From the IMG/VR virus record IMGVR_UViG_3300044247_000057, positions 1-64,000 of that record: a DNA stretch of 64,000 nucleotides; one strand, 5' to 3'. A program made the position numbers and the translations under genes. Under the pieces are notes generated by a model. That model saw only the letters and a list, made by a program, of their open reading frames with translations. It was not told the origin of the DNA and did not search any database. Positions 44,695-52,710 of this stretch are shown piece after piece (positions within the stretch are counted from its first letter, which is position 1; each line of letters begins with the position of its first letter). The stretch comes from a virus (taxonomy: Duplodnaviria; Caudoviricetes).

Positions 44695-47416
44695 GGTCGT
44701 CATCGTCGGCACCTTCACCACGGAGAACGAGCCGTCCCAGGGATCTGTGCTCTTCACCGACGACAACTTCTCCGTCGACACTGGCGAGAGCGAGATCTAC
44801 ACCCCGGTCAGCATCACCGGCTACCTGGATCAGAACGGCTTCATGCGGGTCCGGCTGCCGCTCAACATCGGCTCCGACACCATGCCTCAGCCCCGGGCCT
44901 ACCACTGTGTGATCGGGGTGCAGCAGTACAGCGCTGAGTTCGACTTCGTCATCAACCCGGCCCAGACGATCATCGACCTGGCCACCTTGATCCCGGTCTC
45001 CCCCGTACCCACGCTGACCAGTACCTACGTGGAGTCGGTCGCGGGCATGTCCGGCAACATCAGTGCCAAGGCACTGTCGGACGCGGTCGGCGTGTGGTCC
45101 CCAGCAGCCGGAGACAGCGCGTACGAGACCTGGTTGAAGGCAGGCAACACAGGGACAGTCAGCGATTTCTTCGAGGCGTACAGAGGCGTCCAGGGCGTGC
45201 AGGGGGTGGCGGGTCCTACCGGCGACACCGGTCCACAGGGACCCACGGGCAAGTCCGGTCCCGCTGGCCCCCAGGGCGAGGACTTCGTCATCGAGGGTGT
45301 AGTCAACCGCGCCTCCGACCTGCCGGACGGCTATCAGCGCTACACGGTGTTCGTCACCACCGACACCCAGGAGTTCTGGCTCAACACCGGCAACGACCAG
45401 TGGATGACCCTGGGCTCCTACGCGGGCGAGCCCGGAGCTCCCGGTGACGTCAGTGGCGGCATCCTGACCGACACCAACTACTTCGTCTCCCCCGAGCCCA
45501 GCAGGCTGGAGGGCTGGACCGCATTGATGGGGACGATCTCCCTGGTGCCCTCCATCGCGGATGCGAGTCGCACCGCCCTCCAGAACCTCTGGAACTCCGG
45601 TACGGCCTCGACCAACAAGCTCACTCTCACTTCTCCCCAGATCGCCAACCCGGCGCTGGGGGCAGGCGACCACATGTGGGTCCAGGCCTCGCTGTACACC
45701 AATGCCACTGCGGCCAACAAGGACGTCACGGTGACGGTGGTGCGGCGCAGCACCCACGCGGTGCTGGCCAGTGCCACGGTGTCTGCCGGTCCGGCTGTGG
45801 GCAAGGTCAGCTTCGACTGCATGACCATCGACCCCGTCCCGGCCAACGACCTGTACCTGACCTTCGAGCGCGCTCTGGTGGCAGGACCCAACGAGCAGCT
45901 CCGGGTCTCCAACGTGATGGTCAGCAAGGCCACAGTGGAGACGCCCTACTTCGACGGCTCCTCCACCAACAACCAGTCGTTCAACCACGCCTGGCTCGGT
46001 CAGGACGGCTACTCGGTCTCCACCAAGACCACGCCCACCACCAAGGCCATCCTGGGCCTGGACAACGTGGACAACACCCACGACCTGGACAAGCCGATCT
46101 CCAACGCCACCCGGATCGAGTTGGACTATGTCCGGGAGAACGCCGGTCAGGTGAAGTCGGTCAACTTCATGACCGGCGACGTCATCGTCGACAAGAACAG
46201 CGTGGGTCTGGACCAGGTGGCCAACCTGGCACCCAACGACCTGCCGGTCTCTCAGCAGACCCAGATCGCCCTGGACCAGATGTCCTCCGAGGCTGCCGAC
46301 CTGATCCAGAACATGGGCCTGGTTGACCTGTCCGACGTGAGCGGCAGCGACACCCCCACCAATGGGGATGTGGTGACCTGGGCCAACAACCAGTTCGAGT
46401 TCCTGCCCGGTGGCAACACGTCGGTAGCCATCCTCAACGCCGCCAACCTGGATACCTACACCACTCCTGGCACCTTCACCCAGTCCAGCACCCAGCAGGC
46501 GGCTGCCGGGACGAACTACCCCATTGGGCTGGCCGGGATGCTGGAGGTCAGAGCCTCCCCCGACGCCTCGATGATCTGGCAGACCTACACGGTGTACGGG
46601 CGCGGGGGCGCAGTGAACACCGACCTGGACTCCAACGTGTCCTGGCAGCGGTCCAGGTACAGCAATGTCTGGACCTTGTGGAAGCCGATGTCCTGGGGCA
46701 AGCCGATGGTCTGGGACAACGCGGCCTCGGGCTGGAACCAGGTGCCCTCCTTCGCTGACTTCAACGGCCAGAACTGGGGCAACGAGGTCTACCAGGACAC
46801 GCTGGGCAGACTGCGCTCCCGTCCCACGGTCCTGCTCTACAACGGGATCACCAGTGCCACCCTGCCCTCGGGTTGGCCTACGGGCGTCACTGTCATGCGA
46901 GTCAGCTCGGCTAACGGCTTCCCCGGCTCGGGCAACGTGCTCACGGTTAAGGGGGAGGCGGGTGAGTGGACCTTCCAGATCTGGTCCACCGGCCCGTCCA
47001 GCCAGAAGGTGATGTTCCGGTTCGGCAGCACCTCCTGGGGTGCCTGGGAGATGATCGGCGGTCCGGCCTACTCCGAGACCACCCCGTTGGTGGCCTACAC
47101 GGGCTGGGCGATGGTCAGCTCCTACATGCAGGTGTGGGGGCACGTGGCGATGCTGTACGGCAACATCAAGCGCACGGGTGGGGTGCTGACCTCCACGGGC
47201 GGTGACATCACCAACACCAACATGTGCTACATCGTCTCCGGACTGCCCTATCCCACGACCACCACGGGGTTCCATGCTGTCGGTGGCGGCACCCTGTTCG
47301 GCGGCCAGATCGGCTCGGACCGGGTGCTGACGATCTCCATCATCTCCAGGGGCAGCTCTGTCGACACCAACGACGCACTGATCTTCTCCTCCACCTTCCT
47401 CACCAACCAGATCTAG
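44681..47416 (+). CDS. second tail fibre / receptor-binding protein (911 aa)
   Basis: N-terminal Ig-like domain, collagen stretch, CBM-like module with YFDG, LDNVDNT/LDQVAN fibre repeats, pyocin-knob-like LDTYTTPG...LEV...QTY. Confidence 0.85.
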   Translation: MPAAEVVIVGTFTTENEPSQGSVLFTDDNFSVDTGESEIYTPVSITGYLDQNGFMRVRLPLNIGSDTMPQPRAYHCVIGVQQYSAEFDFVINPAQTIIDLATLIPVSPVPTLTSTYVESVAGMSGNISAKALSDAVGVWSPAAGDSAYETWLKAGNTGTVSDFFEAYRGVQGVQGVAGPTGDTGPQGPTGKSGPAGPQGEDFVIEGVVNRASDLPDGYQRYTVFVTTDTQEFWLNTGNDQWMTLGSYAGEPGAPGDVSGGILTDTNYFVSPEPSRLEGWTALMGTISLVPSIADASRTALQNLWNSGTASTNKLTLTSPQIANPALGAGDHMWVQASLYTNATAANKDVTVTVVRRSTHAVLASATVSAGPAVGKVSFDCMTIDPVPANDLYLTFERALVAGPNEQLRVSNVMVSKATVETPYFDGSSTNNQSFNHAWLGQDGYSVSTKTTPTTKAILGLDNVDNTHDLDKPISNATRIELDYVRENAGQVKSVNFMTGDVIVDKNSVGLDQVANLAPNDLPVSQQTQIALDQMSSEAADLIQNMGLVDLSDVSGSDTPTNGDVVTWANNQFEFLPGGNTSVAILNAANLDTYTTPGTFTQSSTQQAAAGTNYPIGLAGMLEVRASPDASMIWQTYTVYGRGGAVNTDLDSNVSWQRSRYSNVWTLWKPMSWGKPMVWDNAASGWNQVPSFADFNGQNWGNEVYQDTLGRLRSRPTVLLYNGITSATLPSGWPTGVTVMRVSSANGFPGSGNVLTVKGEAGEWTFQIWSTGPSSQKVMFRFGSTSWGAWEMIGGPAYSETTPLVAYTGWAMVSSYMQVWGHVAMLYGNIKRTGGVLTSTGGDITNTNMCYIVSGLPYPTTTTGFHAVGGGTLFGGQIGSDRVLTISIISRGSSVDTNDALIFSSTFLTNQI

Positions 47417-47423
47417 GAGCGAC

Positions 47424-47612
47424 ATGAGCGACCAGGAGCTGGAACCAGAGCTCGAAGACCTGAACGATGACGACACCTGGATGCCGGAGGAGGACGAGGA
47501 CCCGGTTCCCGACGACGACGTGACCTTCCCCAGCAACGGGGACGACTCGCTGTCCGATGACGACGTGGAGGACCCCGACGTCCTGGACGACGACTCGAAC
47601 GCCGTGGGCTGA
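47424..47612 (+). CDS. 62-aa hyper-acidic peptide coupled to the M23 peptidase gene
   Basis: AGGAG RBS; 20 Asp + 8 Glu, no Lys/Arg/His; TGATG overlap. Confidence 0.7.
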   Translation: MSDQELEPELEDLNDDDTWMPEEDEDPVPDDDVTFPSNGDDSLSDDDVEDPDVLDDDSNAVG

Positions 47613-48235
47613 TGCAGATCGGGCAGAACGTCCAGGTCACCGCCAACACCGGGCTGCGGGCCCGGCTGACCCCGCACGGGAAGCCCGCCAAGGACAGCAA
47701 GGGCAAGGAGATCGTCCGGCCCAAGGGCTACCGGTTCACCGTCACCCGGACCGAGTCCGGCTACGCGAGAGCCAAGTCCTACTGGTACGCCGAGCAGTAC
47801 CTGCAGGTGGTGGTGCAGACCGTCGCCGTCAAGGTCTCCTCCCCCTGCCCCGGGTACAAGGTCTCCACCCCGTACAAGAAGAAGCCGAACAACAACACCT
47901 ACTGGCAGTCCCGGGGCTACCACACGGGCGATGACTATGCGGCCCCCTCAGGCGCGAAGGTCGTCGCGGTGCGCAGTGGCACGGTCAAGTACCGCTGGGA
48001 CAAGGTGCTGGGACACTGTGCCCTGCTGCAGGGCAAGGACGGGGCTGGGAAGCAGTACACCTGGTGGTACTGCCACCTGCGAGCTCAGCCCACCACCGGC
48101 AGCGTGAAGCCCGGTCAGACCATCGGGCACGTGGGCTCCACCGGCACCGGGGCCAACGGGCCCCACCTGCACTTCGAGAAACGCTCTGGCTACACGACGT
48201 CGTGGGCCGGGAAGGACCTGAGTCCGACATGGTGA
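47612..48235 (+). CDS. endolysin, SH3-like domain + M23 peptidase
   Basis: HTGDDY, WYCHL, GSTG...GPHLHFE. Confidence 0.9.
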   Translation: MQIGQNVQVTANTGLRARLTPHGKPAKDSKGKEIVRPKGYRFTVTRTESGYARAKSYWYAEQYLQVVVQTVAVKVSSPCPGYKVSTPYKKKPNNNTYWQSRGYHTGDDYAAPSGAKVVAVRSGTVKYRWDKVLGHCALLQGKDGAGKQYTWWYCHLRAQPTTGSVKPGQTIGHVGSTGTGANGPHLHFEKRSGYTTSWAGKDLSPTW

Positions 48236-49680
48236 GCAGCCTGGTACCCCTGGGCGTGCAGCCCCAGTGCCAGCAGATCTGTGCCGAGGTGATCCAGAAG
48301 AACCCCGGCAAGGTCCGCAACGTGCACGGCTACGCGAGCTTCCCCGACCACAACAACCGGCGCTGCGTGGACTACATGATCCACGACAAGGCGGGCGGGG
48401 ATCAGATCGTCGAGTACTACCTGGACGACCGCGTCCGGCTGAAGGTCAACCTCATCATCTGGTACGAGCGGATCATGCGCTCCTACGACAAGCCGGGCAT
48501 CCCGGCCTGGACCTGGGCCCCGTACACGGGCGCGAAGAACCACAAGGACCACCCGCACGTGGAGCACAAGGAGGGCACGTACGTCCCTCCCAAGGAGGTC
48601 GTCGTGGACAACCCCAAGAACGAGGAGGGGATCAAGAAGGGCGACAAGGTCAAGGTGAACGCGACCGGAGGCCTGCGGGGACGCAGCAGCCCAGGTGGCC
48701 CGGTGGCTCTGACCCGTCCGGACGGCTACCAGTTCACCGTCACCGACGTGAAGGACGGCTGGGTCTCGGGCGGTCAGAACTGGTACAGCAGCGACTACCT
48801 CGACAAGGTGGCACCTCCGGTTGTAGTGCCGCCGAAGCCGCCACCCCCCAAACCGAGCTGGGTCAAGACCCCCATCGTCAAGCTCAGCATGGCCAAGATC
48901 CCGAACCCCGTGAACTACCTGCAGGGCGTGGTCCGGGTGGCCGGGAACGTGGTCAACGGCAAGCAGCAGCAGCACATCTACGTGCTGGCCCAGGACCCCG
49001 ACGCCAAGGGCAACACCCGCTTCTTGGCCTACAGCGCGGGAGGCACCTACCTCAACTCGATGACGGTGAAGAACGGGGGCCATGGACAGACCTTCCATGC
49101 CTACCGCTCGGCAGCGAACAACCTGTACATCTGGACCCTGATCGGGGACTACGCCTACCGGATCAAGTGGCAACCGGGCAGAACAGTTACGTCGTCTAGT
49201 AGTGGTGTGGAGAAGATGGCGTACGGCACCGCGAGGCCGGTGGGTACCTACGAGTCCTACGTGGGCTTCCGGGCGGCCACCAGCACCCACGAGACGTTCT
49301 CCCTGCACGACCGGTTCGGCTGGACTGACCCGAAGAACAACTCGGCCAAGGCCCTGAAGCGGGTGACGGTGAAGAAGCGCACCTCGCACACCCAGCAGTC
49401 CTGGGCGTTCAGTTCTACCCGTATCTACCGCCTGCTAGGGAAAACCAATACTGATGCGGGCAGGGGTACGAACAAGCACATCCTGGACGTCCTGGACTGG
49501 ACGGGGAAGCTGCTGACCACGGTGGACGTCACCACCATGTCGCTGCCTGGGGCTACCTCCGACGAGCCTGAAGGCGTTACCTTCACAGGTACGCCAGGAT
49601 CTGTTCTGGTCGGCAAACGAAGTGGTCCCAACAACCACACCCGCACGTACCCCCTCTGGCAGATGACAGGACTCCCATGA
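48229..49680 (+). CDS. second lysin: M15-like/hedgehog-fold peptidase + SH3b + Pro linker + TagC-like beta-propeller
   Basis: DH...CVDYM...GDQI...LIIW...NHKDHPHV; SH3b VKVNA...WYSSDYL; GGHGQTF...LYIW...DEPEG; ATG 48229 after GGAAGGA. Confidence 0.7.
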   Translation: MVSSLVPLGVQPQCQQICAEVIQKNPGKVRNVHGYASFPDHNNRRCVDYMIHDKAGGDQIVEYYLDDRVRLKVNLIIWYERIMRSYDKPGIPAWTWAPYTGAKNHKDHPHVEHKEGTYVPPKEVVVDNPKNEEGIKKGDKVKVNATGGLRGRSSPGGPVALTRPDGYQFTVTDVKDGWVSGGQNWYSSDYLDKVAPPVVVPPKPPPPKPSWVKTPIVKLSMAKIPNPVNYLQGVVRVAGNVVNGKQQQHIYVLAQDPDAKGNTRFLAYSAGGTYLNSMTVKNGGHGQTFHAYRSAANNLYIWTLIGDYAYRIKWQPGRTVTSSSSGVEKMAYGTARPVGTYESYVGFRAATSTHETFSLHDRFGWTDPKNNSAKALKRVTVKKRTSHTQQSWAFSSTRIYRLLGKTNTDAGRGTNKHILDVLDWTGKLLTTVDVTTMSLPGATSDEPEGVTFTGTPGSVLVGKRSGPNNHTRTYPLWQMTGLP

Positions 49681-49874
49681 GCGACATCATCAAGTGGTTC
49701 TCCCACGGCCACCTGCCTGCTCCCCAGCAGGAGGTGGCTCAGGCGATCCAGGACCTGGCCCAGAAGATGGAGGCCACTCTCCCCGAGACTGCTGAGAAGA
49801 CGGCAGGACTCAGGAAGCTGCTGGAGGCCAAGGACTGTTTCGTGCGGGCCAGCCTGGAACTGACCCAGGAGTAG
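49677..49874 (+). CDS. small helical-hairpin protein, possibly Acb2/Tad1-like
   Basis: IIKWFSHGHLP...LPETAEKTAGLRKLLEAKDCFVRA. Confidence 0.6.
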   Translation: MSDIIKWFSHGHLPAPQQEVAQAIQDLAQKMEATLPETAEKTAGLRKLLEAKDCFVRASLELTQE

Positions 49875-49896
49875 CCAAGGACGGGAGAATGACCCC

Positions 49897-52707
49897 ATGG
49901 ACTTCAACCGCAATGTGGCTGACTGGGTGTACGGGCTGGTCTCCAAGATGGACGACGGTGAAGCCCGCATGTTCACGGTCTTCCTGGCCGAGGACCTGTA
50001 CCAGACCGATCTGAAGAACAACGCCAAGCTGGTCGAGCGCACCCGTGCCTCGGTCGAGAAGGCGATGACCGACGAGCTGGCCAACGACTTCCTGTTCCGA
50101 CTGGAGCGTGGGGTCAACCCCGAGCAGCTGGTGGCTGAGGCCGCAGCGGTGGCTATCGCCAAGGCCGACGATTACGAGGCCTGGAAGTTCCAGACCCGTG
50201 AACACGGGCGCTGGGCCAAGATGGGTCCCGGCTACTGGAAGGCCCAGAAGAAGGCCATCAAGGCTGAGGGTGACTACGCCAAGCAAGCGGCGATGATGTC
50301 TGCGATGCGCTTTCATCACGGTGACCAGATCAAAGCCATGGGCGAGGATCTGGGCCCCCAGGTGCATGGCGTCCAGCAGCAGTGGAACAAACGCTCCACG
50401 GGTCAGTCCGGAGCCACGGACACCTTCAACCGGATCACCGCAGCTGGTCGGACGACAGCCCTCGTAGGTGTGGCCACCGACCAGCCCAACGTCTACGCGG
50501 CTGGTCAGGCTGCCTCCCTGGTGGGTCAGTTCGGGCCCGAGGCAGAGAAGGTCGTCGGTCCTGCCGTACGCCGCACTGCGTACCGGTACCGGGGCACTGA
50601 GACGAAGCCGCAGACCAAGGAGATCAAGGCGGCGGCCAACAACCGTGCTCGGGAGCTGTTCCCCACTGAACGGGACAAGAAGGGCGTTCCGACCGGTCAA
50701 GGGATGGCTCCGCTGGCCGATCTGAAGTCCGGTGCTGCGCGTCCGGAGAACGTGGACCGACTGGACGAGAGCAAGCGGGACTTCGTCCTGCAGATGGGTG
50801 CCGCCGACCATCTGGCCACCAAGATCCCCTCGCTCGCCCTGGCCAACCTGCAGGTCAAGTCCGGCAAGATCCCGCCCTCTGAGGGCGTCATCATCAACGG
50901 CGATGGCCAGGTGACCGCGCAGGCGGTGGGTTTCGCCGAGGACCATTACCTCCCCTTCAACCTGCGCAACCTGGGTGAGCTCAACGGTGGGCGCTACGTG
51001 CGTACGCGCACGACCGGTGGTCCGACGTCGGAGGACATCCACGCGGCCACGCTGGCTGGTGCCCGGTCCTTCACAGTGGTCTCCCGCTCCGGTGAGTTCA
51101 CCGTCGACTTCGCTGACGACTTCCGGGGTGCCCGTCGCCACTCGGACAAGGCGATGGGGATGCAGAAGCAGTACGAGCAGCTGCTGGACGCGGTGAAGTC
51201 CAAGCAGGTGGAGAAGCTGCCCACGTCCGCCCGGGAGCGTGCTGAGGTCCGGGAGGAGCTGGAGGACGAGATCGAGCGGCTGAAGAGCGACCCAGCCTCT
51301 GGCTTCGACTACCAGACCTACACCGACAAGATGTTCAACGAGGAGCTGAACCGGCGACTGACCCAGCGTCGGCAGAACCCGAAGCTGACTTCTGAGGAGA
51401 TCACGCGGATCGACGAGTTCGCCTGGAACGGCCTGAACAGGCAAGCTCCCACCGACCGGGAGAAGGTCGAGCACGACAAGGCGGTCAAGCAGCTCTCCCG
51501 TCGCGTGCTGCGGGAGAAGGGCAACCAGAACTTCAAGCTGGACGGCGACGGCTACAAGGCGGCTCTGGAGGCGCTGAAGGAGCAGTACCCATACTTCATC
51601 GCTGACATCCGGGTGCGCTCCGCTGGCGACGCGCCGGAGGACTTTGGCGACGGCACCGACCAGGGCTACGTCAAGCCCCGGCACATCCGGGCCGAGGCAG
51701 CTCAGGCTGGGTACTTCGGTGTCGGTATCGAGGGTGCTACGAGCACCAAGCGGTCGGCGGAGAACCTGCACTACCAGAACTGGGGTGTGCGGCAGAACAT
51801 GAAGACCGCAGCGCCGCAGGGTACCGAGCAGACCGAGGAGGAGAGGGACACCAACCCCTCCACCATCCCGGCCACTCCCCAGCCAGGCCAGACCCCTGCG
51901 GTCACCGCCGTGGGTGGAGGAGGAGCCACCTCAACGGCTACCTCTCCGCAGGAGCACGCTCAGGCGGGAGAGAGGGCATCCCGGGTCCAGACTGCCGAGA
52001 TCGAGCGGGACAACTCTGTCTACCAGGCGGCGCACTACTGGGCTGACCGGCTACCGCCGAAGGACAGTCCCTCCTACGCCTACATCCCGGCTGAGGCCAA
52101 GATCCTGGATGAGCTGCGAGATGCTTCCGATCCCAAGTCGTTCACCGACAGGAACCGGGAAGCGATCAAGCGGGCTGTCGCTCACATCTCTGCCGCCCCC
52201 GAGAGCCGTACGGCGCTGGCCGGGGCACCGAAGATCGTGGACAACGTAGAGGAGGTCAAGCGTGCGGTGGCCGCCAACCGCCCGGTCTCCCTCACTCCCC
52301 AGCCACTGACCCAGGACGACATGCGGATTCTGCACGAGCGAGGTCTGATCAAGCACACCGCCATCCTGGGTGGAGGGACGCTGCAGGATGAGGGTCCGGA
52401 CACCAAGGACCTGTCCGACGACAGGCTGCGACAGAAGATCATGGCCTGGCAGGGGCAGCATGACCGGGAGACCAGCCCGGTGGAGCGAGCCAAGATCAGG
52501 GAGAACCAGCTCGACTACAACCGGCTGCTGGCCTTCCGCAAGCACAAGCTGGAGCGGGGTCGGGCGAACAACACCCCGTTCTCTCCCGCTGGCGGTCCGC
52601 CGCCGACCACGACTCCTCCGCCCACGGGATCGTTGCCGCCCGGTGCCGGGTCCAACACCTACAACCCGAACAGCAACGTCCGCGACTTCCGGCGTAGGAG
52701 CGCCTAG
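49897..52707 (+). CDS. large putative internal virion protein (936 aa) with degenerate JAB/MPN-like segment
   Basis: VYGLVSK, VEK-A, IAK-A motifs; EGVII..DG...GGPTSEDI...FTVVSRSG. Confidence 0.75.
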   Translation: MDFNRNVADWVYGLVSKMDDGEARMFTVFLAEDLYQTDLKNNAKLVERTRASVEKAMTDELANDFLFRLERGVNPEQLVAEAAAVAIAKADDYEAWKFQTREHGRWAKMGPGYWKAQKKAIKAEGDYAKQAAMMSAMRFHHGDQIKAMGEDLGPQVHGVQQQWNKRSTGQSGATDTFNRITAAGRTTALVGVATDQPNVYAAGQAASLVGQFGPEAEKVVGPAVRRTAYRYRGTETKPQTKEIKAAANNRARELFPTERDKKGVPTGQGMAPLADLKSGAARPENVDRLDESKRDFVLQMGAADHLATKIPSLALANLQVKSGKIPPSEGVIINGDGQVTAQAVGFAEDHYLPFNLRNLGELNGGRYVRTRTTGGPTSEDIHAATLAGARSFTVVSRSGEFTVDFADDFRGARRHSDKAMGMQKQYEQLLDAVKSKQVEKLPTSARERAEVREELEDEIERLKSDPASGFDYQTYTDKMFNEELNRRLTQRRQNPKLTSEEITRIDEFAWNGLNRQAPTDREKVEHDKAVKQLSRRVLREKGNQNFKLDGDGYKAALEALKEQYPYFIADIRVRSAGDAPEDFGDGTDQGYVKPRHIRAEAAQAGYFGVGIEGATSTKRSAENLHYQNWGVRQNMKTAAPQGTEQTEEERDTNPSTIPATPQPGQTPAVTAVGGGGATSTATSPQEHAQAGERASRVQTAEIERDNSVYQAAHYWADRLPPKDSPSYAYIPAEAKILDELRDASDPKSFTDRNREAIKRAVAHISAAPESRTALAGAPKIVDNVEEVKRAVAANRPVSLTPQPLTQDDMRILHERGLIKHTAILGGGTLQDEGPDTKDLSDDRLRQKIMAWQGQHDRETSPVERAKIRENQLDYNRLLAFRKHKLERGRANNTPFSPAGGPPPTTTPPPTGSLPPGAGSNTYNPNSNVRDFRRRSA

Positions 52708-52710
52708 CCG

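Noticed and set aside
24611-47416. Diversity-generating retroelement or invertase shufflon acting on the fibres
   Set aside because: No reverse transcriptase, recombinase, TR/VR pair or inverted crossover sites seen in the window.
47600-47620. Programmed frameshift fusing the acidic peptide to the M23 lysin
   Set aside because: No slippery heptamer at the junction; a plain TGATG coupling explains it.
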